NCBI GenBank assembly: GCA_002269645.1
Contig: NIVC01001696.1
Span: 184,895 to 248,894 of the forward strand
DNA from: Macrostomum lignano
Taxonomy: Eukaryota
Reading direction: 5' to 3'
DNA: 64,000 bases
Numbering within the stretch: the first letter of the stretch is position 1; each line of letters opens with the position of its first letter. Positions 53,262 through 64,000 of this stretch are shown here, piece after piece. The translations under genes were made by a program, and so were the position numbers. The notes below the pieces were generated by a model. It did no database searches, had not been told where the DNA came from, and was given only the letters and a program-made list of their open reading frames with translations.

Positions 53262-54115
53262 GGGTGCGTTCGAGTGACTTAAAATGACTTAAACTGCCAT
53301 TTTAACGTCCTTAGTAAAACAAATGTTAAGCAGACTAAATGTAAAAATAATCTAGGTAAATGATAGTCAAATTACAATTAAGAATTAATTCAATTTCTAA
53401 AACCGGTCTAAGATTAAAAAACGTCACCTATACTTCTTCCAACTCAACCTGAACGCCTAGGCACCGTTTTAACTTCGCTCGCAATTACCACATTTAATCG
53501 TAATTGAATATTTTGTATTCTTCACCTTTGTTCTATCATTTGCTTTCACGTCCTTTTGCTCAGTTCGCTGCCCGTCATTATAGTCTTTGAATAATTGCTT
53601 AGTACTAATATTGTTTATTTATTAATTTTTATTACATAGTAGTTTATTTGGACTTGGAATATAGTCACTATTATTGTTGCTACTGTTATTATTTTTCTAT
53701 TGGAGTTTTGTACTTTTTCAGCTTGGTTCTTATTCTTCAATATAGTATCTGAGTGAACTTCATGTTATAGTTTACTAAGCAATTATTCAAAGACTATTTT
53801 GACGGGCAGCGAAGTGAGCAAAAAGACGTGAAAGCAAATGATAGAACAAAGGTGAAGAATACAAAATATTCAATTACGATTAAATGTGGTAATTGCGAGC
53901 GAAGTTAAAACGGTGCCTAGGCGTTCAGGTTGAGTTGGAAGAAGTATAGGTGACGTTTTTTAATCTTAGACCGGTTTTAGAAATTGAATTAATTCTTAAT
54001 TGTTATTTGACTATCATTTACCTAGATTATTTTTACATTTAGTCTGCTTAACATTTGTTTTACTAAGGACGTTAAAATGGCAGTTTAAGTCATTTTAAGT
54101 CACTCGAACGCACCC
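53262..54115. mobile_element. PIF/Harbinger-like foldback MITE with ~340-bp near-perfect arms and 3-bp TSD (ATG)
   Basis: ATG|GGGTGCGTTCGAG ... CTCGAACGCACCC|ATG; arms about 53262-53603 and 53776-54115; GGG..GTTCG terminus and 3-bp TSD fit Harbinger/Tourist. Confidence 0.8.
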
Positions 54116-54675
54116 ATGGCTTAAATGTTGGCACTTTCTTTCTTCTGCCTTAAAATAGTATTACTTTACAAATGTAATTTCTAGCAGCCGCTTTCAACCC
54201 CACCGATAACAATTTTTAAGGAATAAAACATAACTGAACATCTGTATAAATTAATGCACACGTTTGACTGGCGGGGGTCCAAATACATGTACATATGTAA
54301 CAATTCAACCTAGTACTTAGTAGTGTTGCATATGAAAAAAAACGCCGATCAAATTTGCCACGTTTTTCAAATTAAATTTTTTGTTTCACATTCATTCATA
54401 ACTATGAGTTTATAGACATTTTTTTAACTAAAATCTTAATATAATTATGCACCTGCATCCGTAAGGTATATACGTCTGTATACGGTTAGTATATTGCAGT
54501 ACTCGAATTATCAATACATACATGTTTGTACATGTACGTATCATGCACTGTACGAAAATAGGAAATGACGCATATTCAAAAAAACAATAGCTCTGTAATC
54601 AAGTAGTAGTCTCGACAGTCATGCTACATGATATGTAAGTAGACTGGCTAGCTGCTGGCAGTGTTCGCAAAGTTC

Positions 54676-55266
54676 TCAGTCTCCCAGCACCAGAACCTCA
54701 TATGCCTTGCTCTTGAGCTCGGTTCCCCCGTATGGAAAGTAGGCGCAGCGGTGGCTCTTGTGCACCTTTCCCACGCACACGGAGCCGTAGACCTTATGGA
54801 GATTAAAGAAAAGCAGCAGTGTTGAACACAATAACTGTATCTGGCTGTTGCAGTTCAAGGTGTTTGCTTAATTTGCTCAAAATAGCCAGTTTATTTTTAT
54901 ACCTCGCCACGAGCGATGTACAGCGGCTCGGCGTTCTTCTCTCGACCGGCCACCAGTGCCTTCTTCGGTACGTCGCCGCTCTCCTCCTTCACCCACTTGA
55001 AGCCGCTGCCGTAGCAGCCGATGTCGGAGCGGACCAGCACCTCGTACTCCGGGATGGAGTGCTCTGTACCCCAATTGGGCACGCTGGCAGCCGTGCAGCC
55101 CTGAGACAGCTGGCCCGGCACCCAGAGGCCGTCCAGCTTGGCTCTGACAAAGCGTAGCAGCCCGGAGCAGCCTCGACAGCGTTTGGCGGGATGTCACGTC
55201 TTTGGCATGCTGCCAGCTGACGCAGATCTCGATGCCCTTGTGTCCGGCGTGCTTCACCTTGCTCAT
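54676..55266 (-). pseudogene. DM9-repeat protein, frameshifted inverted copy, complement(join(54676..54792,54903..55266))
   Basis: Near-identical to 56625-57215; exon 1 is 364 nt vs 363 nt (-1 at about 55197, +2 at about 55150). Confidence 0.75.
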
Positions 55267-55361
55267 TGTGCGTTGCCTGAGTGTTTGCGGAATGATAATT
55301 GACTCTTGAGTGAGCTGTTGAAGTGTGTGCTGTGTGAGCTTTCGGAGTGAACTGCTGCTGC

Positions 55362-55368
55362 TTAAATA
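55362..55368 (-). promoter_or_regulatory. TATA-like box (TATTTAA) of the left DM9 copy
   Basis: About 100 bp upstream of the ATG at 55266; absent from the right copy. Confidence 0.5.
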
Positions 55369-55739
55369 GACAGGGCAGAGCTCCCCTGACTGGCACGTCA
55401 CGGTATTGGCTAAAAAGTGTGACAACGTGGCATTCAAAAGCATGACGTGCGACTACTTTTATTACGCAATTTATACAATTATTACATCCTTCATTAAGGT
55501 TCTTTTGTTGGAGATGCTGTGCTAGGAATCGCAGTCATTTTTATTCAACAAAGAAATTTATTCTAGTCTTAGTCTTTAATTAAAATTCATTACTGGAGTT
55601 CCATCAGCAATTGCCTGAACCCTGAGATTATAGTTTCACTGAGAATAGTATCTCTGACAATCTCATCGCTGATTATCTCATCGTTGATAATCACATCCCC
55701 GATAATCTTATCCCTGATGCTCTCATCCATGATAATCAT

Positions 55740-56210
55740 ATGCCTGATAATCAGATCCCTGATAATCTGATCCCTGATAATCTGATCCCTGATAATCTGA
55801 TCCCTGATAGTCTGATCCCTGATAATCTGATCCCTGATAATCAGATCCCTGATAATCTGATCCCTGATAATCAGATCCCTGATAATCTGATCCCTGATAA
55901 TCTGATCCCTGATAATCTGATCCCTGATAGTCTGATCCCTGATAATCAGATCCCTGATAATCAGATCCCTGATAATCTGATCCCTGATAATCTGATCCCT
56001 GATAATCTGATCCCTGATAATCTGATCCCTGATAATCTGATCCCTGATAATCTGATCCCTGATAATCTGATCCCTGATAATCTGATCCCTGATAATCAGA
56101 TCCCTGATAATCTGATCCCTGATAATCTCATTCCTGATAATCTGGTCCCTGATAATCTGATCCCTGATAATCTCATTCCTGATAATCTCATTCCTGATAA
56201 TCTCATTCTC
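55740..56210. repeat. 15-bp minisatellite (GATAATCTGATCCCT) in the spacer of the DM9 inverted duplication
   Basis: 15-bp periodicity, about 30 copies. Confidence 0.97.
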
Positions 56211-56624
56211 ATCCCAACACGCTGGCCCCTTCTTCATGGCTAATAAAGCTTGCCAGTGGACAGAATTTCAGTGATGTTCAGTTTCAAACCAAACTCGGTC
56301 TAATTCTCATAAATCTCGTTATGGGCTGTGTCCGGATTGAATAATAAAGCGTCCATGATAAGAAGCTTTCTCAAATTTGAGTTTACGCATTTGTGAGAAA
56401 AAGTGCCTGGTTGCTCTGAATTCTAAAAGATATCTCACGCCGCACTGCCATTATAGCAGCGTGCACGAGGTCCTGCAAGTAAATAAAAGCCGAAATGAAT
56501 GTGATAACCGAAATGTAAAAACGCAATTTAACGAATTGCACGTTGTCACACTTTTTAGCCAATACCGTGCCGTGCCAGTCAGGTGAGCTCAATTATCATT
56601 CCGCAGACACTCAGGCAACGCACA

Positions 56625-57215
56625 ATGAGCAAGGTGAAGCACGCCGGACACAAGGGCATCGAGATCTGCGTCAGCTGGCAGCATGCCAAAGACGGTGACA
56701 TCCCGCCAAATGCTGTCGAGGCTGCTCCGGGCTGCTACGTTGTCAGAGCCAAGCTGGACGGCCTCTGGGTGCCGGGCCAGCTGTCTCATGGCTGCACGGC
56801 TGCCAGCGTGCCCAATTGGGGTACAGAGCACTCCATCCCGGAGTACGAGGTGCTGGTCCGCTCCGACATCGGCTGCTACGGCAGCAGCTTCAAGTGGGTG
56901 AAGGAGGAGGGCGGCGACGTACCGAAGAAGGCGCTGGTGGCCGGTCGAGAGAAGAACGCCGAGCCGCTGTACATCGCTCGTGGCGAGGTATGAAAATAAA
57001 CTGGCTATTTTGAGCAAATTAAGCAAACACCTTGAACTGCAACAGCCAGATACAGTTATTGTGTTCAACACTGCTGCTTTTCTTTAATCTCCATGAAGGT
57101 TTACGGCTCCGTGTGCGTGGGCAAGGTGCACAAGAGCCACCGCTGCGCCTACTTTCCATACGGGGGAACCGAGCTCAAGAGCAAGGCATACGAGGTTCTA
57201 GTGCTGGGAGACTGA
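56625..57215 (+). CDS. DM9-repeat protein (natterin N-terminal/DM9 lectin-like), join(56625..56987,57099..57215), 159 aa
   Basis: Two DM9 repeats: WQHAKDGDIPPNAV...YVVRA...PG...EYEVLV and WVKEEGGDVPKKALVAG...EPLYIARG|...GKVHKSHRCAYFPYGGTE...YEVLV; 111-nt phase-0 intron. Confidence 0.9.
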
Positions 57216-57769
57216 GAACTTTGCGAACACTGCCATGCTTGTCTATAGCGCAATGACTGTCGAGACGCGTGAGAATAAGAATCCAAAGTCATGCGTGTTT
57301 CTATCGTGTTCAAAAGTGGAGCATTATGTACCTGTGAAATAACATATTTTATCACTACTTTTGTTAAGCACCAATGACACATACTGTTGCTGATATAAAC
57401 GAAAATATTTTATTGTATTTTTGACTGTCACCGTTTTTTTTTAAATCGATTAGTTATAGATTAACAATAAAATGTACTGTAGAGCCAGGTGTTTACCTTG
57501 TTTGAGTAGACTTGCGAATTATCGTTAATAGAGGTTTAATGGTTACTTGATCAATTTACTGATAAAACATTTACTGGACTACTGTGAGTAGCTGCTGTGG
57601 ATATTTATTGGTATATTGCAATTTAGTATAATTTTGTTTGAAATTTCCGGATAAAATAAATTTTGAATATCAAATCAACCATTGGTAAATTATTTAGGCA
57701 TGTATTTCTAATCTTCAGGCTATGTTAATAAACGATTTTATTGATTTTCTTTACCACGTAAAAAATGCT

Positions 57770-58340
57770 AGGTGGGTTCTGAAATGGGTGCCTGCAGCAC
57801 TAAAATGAGTGCCTGCGGCGCTAAAATGAGTGCCTGCGGCGCTGAAATGAGTGCCTGCGGCGCTAAAATGAGTGCCTGCGGCGCTAAAATGAGTGCCTGC
57901 GGTGCTAAAATGAGTGCCTGCGGCGCTAAAATGAGTGCCTGCGGCGCTAACATGAGTGCCTGCGGTACTAAAATGAGTGCCTGCGGCGCTAAAATGAGTG
58001 CCTGTGGCGCTAAAATGAGTGCCTGCGGTACTAAAATGAGTGCCTGCGGCGCTAAAATGAGTGCCTGCGGCGCTAAAATGAGTGCCTGCGGTACTAAAAT
58101 GAGTGCCTGCGCGCTGAAATGAGTGCCTGCGGCGCTGAAATGAGTGCCTGTGACGCTAAAATGAGTGCCTGCGGAGCTAAAATGAGTGCCTGCGGCGCTG
58201 AAATGAGTGCCTGCGGAGCTAAAATGAGTGCCTGCGGCGCTAATGAAGCGCTGACAAAACCCATTCTAAAAATTATGTACAAGTACATGTATAATTCTTG
58301 GCTTTGTCCCCTCACCATAAAATCCTTGGCAATGCCCCTG
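57770..58340. mobile_element. Second, 5'-truncated copy of the 21-bp-array MITE
   Basis: Same AAAATGAGTGCCTGCGGCGCT array followed by the same right end (TTCTAAAA...CTTTGTCCCC-CACCATAAAATCC...GCCCCTG). Confidence 0.75.
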
Positions 58341-58469
58341 TGTACAATAGTACAACCAGTGAACGCCAGTGAATTATACCGTTCCCCGCGCGGGATGCCA
58401 GTTGCGTAACTACTTGCAGTTGGCTCACTAGATCAGAATGGATAATTTTTAATTTCCAACAGTGTGATA

Positions 58470-58759
58470 TTTAATTACACTTGCCCTAATGGCCAGATGT
58501 GCAACCGACAGCTCTGCCGCAGCTATTGCGCGGCGCATCTGAAGGCTGCGTACGGCTGTTCAGTCCAAGGACTGGGGGGTCGCCACACACCCTCAGTTAC
58601 CCCAGCTAATGCTGGCACCCATTTTACAGCTGGGTGAACTGAAGCAAAGCAGAGTTACGTGTAAGTGTCTTGCCCAAGGACACAAATTATTCCAAGTGGG
58701 ATCGAGAATCGAACTCCCGACCTTTCGACCCTCTAACTACTATAGGCTACAACTGCCTC
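58470..58759 (-). mobile_element. tRNA-derived CORE-type SINE, near full length
   Basis: On -: A-box-like TAGCCTATAGTAGTTAG, B-box GAGTTCGATTC, GTCCTTGGGCAAGACACTT CORE-like block, CAGTTCACCCAGCTGTAAAATGGG. Confidence 0.8.
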
Positions 58760-59454
58760 AGCAGCAGCTGAGGGAACTGGGGTGAGGATGGGATGCTGAT
58801 ATTTTAGGCGAGACAGCTAGCTTTCAGGGATGCATTTTTGCTTAAACACTTTTTTTCTTAGAATACTAACAATTGGGACTGTACAAGGTCAAAACCTTAC
58901 ATGGAGTTAATTCGAAAAAAAACTACTCCTTGCTCCTGATTGCTAGTTTCCCTCTAACAAGTTCATAGAAAATTGGTGAATGCTTTCCATCATTTCCGAG
59001 ACAATTTTCCAATTACAAGACTTGCAGAGCGCGCCAATTATGAAAAAGATACACAGTGGAATCACCCTTTTCCTTTATGACGACTCGCCCCTTCTGACAA
59101 TTCTTAGCCCACAGAGGCGGAGCAGTGGCAGATGCCACCCTTAGAAAGCCCTTTTTGGTTGCATGAGCAAAGAGGCAGACAGAAACAGCAAAAGTGGCCA
59201 ATTTTGAGTTTTCAGATTTTTTCCAAGCAAAATAAAAGGCCCTTTCCAGCCTCCTTGAATTGCCTGCATTCAAGAAAAAGCAGAATTTCTGCAACCCACA
59301 TCCAGATGTTGCCACTTCTGCCTTTTGCCTGGATCCCAGCGTGCGTTTATCCCATGAAATTGGGCCATTATTAGCGGGGTACCGATTACTAGGTGGTTAC
59401 TTCGGGCGCAGCTTTCAACGTACTGGAGAATCCAAGCAGTTTGCAATCACTACA

Positions 59455-61235
59455 GGGATGAGAATGGATGGATCTCATGGATACATAGGGATAAAACTGG
59501 ATCTCACGGGGATAAAAACTAGATATCATGGGGATAAATCTCATAAGGATGAAAATGTATTTCATAGGGATTAAAATCGATCTCAGGGATGAAAATGGAT
59601 CTCATAGGGATAAAAATGGATCTCATAGGGATAAAACTGCACCTCATTGGGATAAACTAGATCTCATGGGGATAAAAACTAGAAATCATGGGGGAATAAA
59701 TCTCATAGGGATGAAAATGGATCTCAGGGATTAAAATAGATCTCATTGGAATTAAACTGGGTCTCATGGGGATAAAACGGGATATGATGAGGATAATTAT
59801 GGATCTTATAGGATAAATATGAATCTAATAGGGACAAAATGGATGCCTTAAGCGATAAAAATCGATCTAATAAGGAAAAAAGTATTATAGAGATAAAAAC
59901 GGCTATTATAGGGATAAAATGGTTCTCATTGGGATAAAAATGGATCTCATAAGGATAAAAATGGATCTCATAAGGAACAAAAATAGATCTCAAAGTGATA
60001 AAACTGGATCTCACATGGATAAGAATGTAAGAATGGATGGATCTCAGGGATCTCATTGGGAGAAAATTGGATCTCATAGAGATAAAACTGGATCTCATAG
60101 CGATAAAACTGAATCTCATAGGGATAAAACTGAATCTCATAGGGATAAAAATGGATCTCATAAGGATAAAAATATATCTCATAAGGAACAAAAATAGATC
60201 TCATAGTGATAAAACTGGATCTCACATGGATAAGAATGGATGGATCTCAGGGATCTCATAGGGATAAAACTGGATCTCATAGGGATAAAACTGGATCTCA
60301 TAGGGATAAAACTGGATCTCAAAAGGACAAAAATGGATCTCATAGGGATAAAACTAGATCTCACATATATAAGAATGGATGGATTTCATGGATCGCATTG
60401 GGATAAAACGGGATCTCATAGGGATAAAACTGAATCTCATAGTAATTAAACTGGGTCTCATGGGGATAAAACGGGATCTCATGAGGATAATTATGGATCT
60501 TATAGGGATAAATATGAATCTCATAGGGACGAAATTGATGTCTTAGCGATAAAAATCTATCTAAAAGGGAAAAAATCTTATAGGGATAAAATGAATCTCA
60601 TAGGGATAAAAATGGATCTCATAAGGACGAAAATAGATCTCAAAGTGATAAAACTGGATCTCACATGGATAAGAATGGATGGATCTCAGGGATCTCGTAG
60701 GGATAAATATGGATCTCATAATGATAAAACTAGATTTCATTGGGATGAAACTGGATCTCATTGGGATAAAATGGATCTCATTGGGATAAAATTAAATCTC
60801 ATTGGGATAAAAATGGATCTCATTGGGATAAAATTAAATCTCATTGGGATAAAAATGGATCTCATTGGGATAAAAATGGATCTCATAGGAAGGTCTCATA
60901 GGGGTAGAACTACTGTAGATGTCACAGGGATAAGAATGGATTGATCTCATAGATCTCATTGAGATAAAACTGGATCTCATAGGTTTAAAACTGGATCTCA
61001 CAGGTTTAAAACTGGATCCCACAGGAATAAAGATGAATCTCATAGGGATTACAGTGGATCTCACAGGGATAAAGTTGAATCTCATAGGAATAAAACGATC
61101 TCATTGGGATAAAACTGGATCGCATAGTGATACAACTGGATCTCATGGGGATACAACTGGATCTCATGGGGATACAACTGGATCTCATGGGGATACAACT
61201 GGATCTCATGGGGATACAACTGGGTCTAATTGGGA
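59455..61235. repeat. Diverged 21-bp minisatellite (GGATCTCATAGGGATAAAACT) with ~700-bp higher-order blocks
   Basis: 21-bp periodicity; a distinctive block recurs at about 59750 and 60445. Confidence 0.95.
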
Positions 61236-61699
61236 TATGAGACAGTTCCAGTTTTTTTGCTTTAAACCCTAGCCGAGTTTTCGAGCAAAGCACCTCTCTT
61301 TCCCATCTTTGTGAGTCAAACTCAAAATCGATCCGATCCCTTTTTCCTGCACAGCACCTACGCCTAGGCTGGGGTCTCCTATGCTTGCTCTCCTCCTGAG
61401 ATGGAAGCCTTGGTTGCTCCTCACCTCTTGGCGTGCGGAGTCGCGTGAATCATCGCTGAGGAAAGAAGAGTTGAGGGGGTGCATGGGCAAGGCCAGCTAC
61501 ATGTGGGTCCGTCCGTCTGACCCTGAACCCCGCAGCCCCCCATGCTCTGCATGAGTAAATTGTATATGGTATATATGTAGGCCGAAGCATACTGTACATC
61601 GGGTATACAAAGATATAGTGAAGCACAAGAAAAGAAAATCGTTGAGGCGCCAGAAACCTGTGTGTTTATTGAGGCGCCAAAAGGCTTTAGTTTAAGGTG

Positions 61700-62400
61700 G
61701 CGCCAAGTGACTGTATAGTTTAATAAGTGGTGGCGCCAAGTGACTGTATAGTTTAATAAGTGGTGGCGCCAAGTGACTGTAGGTTAATGTGCCGCCAAGT
61801 GACTGTAGGTTAATGTGGCGCCAAGTGACTGTAGGTTAATGTGCCGCCAAGTGACTGTAGGTTAATGTGGCGCCAAGTGACTGTAGGTTAATGTGCCGCC
61901 AAGTGACTGTAGGTTAATGTGGCGCCAAGTGACTGTAGGTTTATGTGGCGCCAAGTGACTGTAGGTTAATGTGGCGCCAAGTGACTGTAGGTTAATGTGG
62001 CGCCAAGTGACTGATGTAGCGCCAAGTGACTGTAGGTTAATGTGACACCAAGTGACTGTAGGTTAATGTGGCACCAAGTGACTGTAGGTTAATGTGGCGC
62101 CAAGTGACTGTAGGTTTATGTGGCGCCAAGTGACTGTAGGTTAATGTGGCGCCAAGTGACTGTAGGTTAATGTGGCGCCAAGTGACTGATGTAGCGCCAA
62201 GTGACTGTAGGTTAATGTGACACCAAGTGACTGTAGGTTAATGTGGCACCAAGTGACTGTAGGTTAATGTGGCGCCAAGTGACTGATGTGGCGCCAAGTG
62301 ACTGTAGGTTAATGTGCCGCCAAGTGACTGCAGGTTAATGTGGCACCAAGTGACTGTAGGTTAATGTGGCACCAAGTGACTGTAGGTTAAATGTGGCTCC
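61700..62400. repeat. 26-bp minisatellite (GTGGCGCCAAGTGACTGTAGGTTAAT)
   Basis: 26-bp periodicity. Confidence 0.97.
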
Positions 62401-62699
62401 AGAAATTGTTGTTTTCTATTGGTTTTGAAGTTCAATTCTGTGAATTTCATTAGCCAATGTCACCAGTTGTGGACATTATAGTTTTGGGATAAACCTTGGT
62501 CAAATAAAGAGCATTCGTGGCTCGATTTTGTATCAAATATTTATGCCTGGCATTCTGAAATCAGGGCTGGAATTTTTGCACGGGTAGTTTCTGGGTTGCA
62601 GGTTTAAAATCGGGAACACCAGCAACTTTTAATGTGATGTTCGTTTCCATTTTGTTTTTTACCTGTTCACTGCCTTCTTTTTCTCCATTTGCTGTTTCA

Positions 62700-63960
62700 A
62701 CCCTGTCAGGTCGCTGTCTCTCCTCTGTCACAGGTCACTGTCTCTCCTCTGTCACATGTCACTGTCTCTCCTCTGTCACATGTCACTGTCTCTCCTCTGT
62801 CACAGGTCACTGTCTCTCCTCTGTCACAGGTCACTGTCTCTCCTCTGTCACAGGTCGCTGTCTCTCCTCTGTCACAGGTCGCTGTCTCTCCTCTGTCACA
62901 GGTCACTGTCTCTCCTCTGTCACAGGTCACTGTTTCTTGTCTCCTCTGTCACATGTCACTGTCTCTCCTTTGTCACAGATCACTGTCTCTCCTCTGTCAC
63001 AGATCCACTGTCTCTCCTTTGTCACAAATCACTGTCTCTCCTCTGTCACAGAGGCACTGTCTCTCCTCTGTCACATGTCCCTGTCTTCCTTTGTCACATG
63101 TCACTGTCTTCCTTTGTCACAGATCACTATCTCTCCTCTGTCACAGATCCACTGTCTCTCCTCTGTCACATGTCACTGTCTCTCCTCTGTCACAAATCAC
63201 TGTCTCTCTCTGTCACAGGTCACTGTCTATCCTTTGTCACATGTCACTGTTTCTCCTTTGTCACAGATCTCTGTCTCTCCTCTGTCACAGGGCACTGTCT
63301 CTCCTCTGTCACAGGTCACTGTCTCTCCTCTGTCACAGGTCACTGTCTATCCTCTGTCACAGGTCACTGTCTATCCTCTGTCACAGGTCACTGTCTATCC
63401 TCTGTCACAGAGGCACTGTCTCCTCTGTCACAGAGCACTGTCTCTCCTCTGTCACATGTCCCTGTCTTCCTGTCACATGTCACTGTCTTCCTTTGTCACA
63501 GATCACTATCTCTCCTGTCACAGATCCACTGTCTCTCCTCTGTCACATGTCACTGTCTCTCCTCCGTCACAAATCACTGTCTCTTCTCTGTCACAGGTCA
63601 CGGTCTATCCTGTGTCACAGGTCACTGTCTCTCCTCCGTCACAGGTCACTGTCTCTCCTCTGTCACAGGTCACAATCTCTCCTCTGTCACAGGTCACTGT
63701 CTTTCCTCTGTCACAGGTCACTGTCTATCCTCTGTCACAGGTCACTGTCTATCCTCTGTCACAGGTCACTGTCTATCCTCTGTCACAGGTCACAATCTCT
63801 CTTCTGTCACAGGTCACTGTCTCTCCTCTGTCACCGGTCACTGTCGCTCTTCGTCACAGGTCACTGTCTCTCCTCTGTCACAGTCACTATCTCTCCTCTA
63901 TCACAGGTCACTGTCTCTCCTCTGTCACAGATCACTGTCTCTCTGTCACAGGTCACTGTC
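62700..63960. repeat. 24-bp minisatellite (GTCACTGTCTCTCCTCTGTCACAG), about 50 copies
   Basis: 24-bp periodicity; source of the large 626xx-639xx pseudo-ORFs. Confidence 0.97.
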
Positions 63961-64000
63961 GCAGCTGCTAACTTAGCTTTAAGCTAACTATGGTTCAGTT

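Noticed and set aside
56583-56606. 24-nt GT...AG mini-intron upstream of the right DM9 ATG
   Set aside because: Too short for a typical spliceosomal intron, and it arises at the junction left by the 77-bp deletion.
8955-63987. Long repetitive ORFs in the track (SVRSGNGG, SSCMANL, LIYYLTP, SVCL, IRDQI, SQVTVSPL and similar)
   Set aside because: They are stop-free frames of tandem arrays, mostly inside introns of real genes, usually with non-ATG starts.

Overview
Eukaryotic (metazoan) genomic DNA with GC-rich exons, AT-rich spacers and GT-AG introns; no prokaryotic features and no CRISPR. The style resembles a macrostomid-type flatworm, but that is an impression, not a result. By hand-splicing I reconstruct eight phase-consistent protein-coding genes: TMEM165 (+), a GT92-family glycosyltransferase (+), an astacin metalloprotease, WDR54, RNase H1, ANKRD6/diversin-like and LEO1 (all -), and a DM9-repeat protein (+). 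The DM9 gene has a frameshifted inverted twin. About 30 different tandem arrays fill most introns and spacers and explain most ORFs in the track, which are artefacts. There are also several non-autonomous DNA elements, two CORE-type SINE copies and a probable solo LTR. Main leads: (1) RNase H1 has an AUG-less, in-frame, mitochondrial-leader-like segment behind a splice acceptor, which could be started by a spliced-leader AUG; (2) the DM9 inverted pair has complementary lesions; (3) 14 of 18 introns carry tandem arrays, and six unrelated arrays share an ATCTCA(C) core that reads as a 5' splice-site-like GTGAGAT on the - strand. Two single-base gaps in C/G runs (GT92, RNase H1) are probably assembly errors. 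Array boundaries are approximate.
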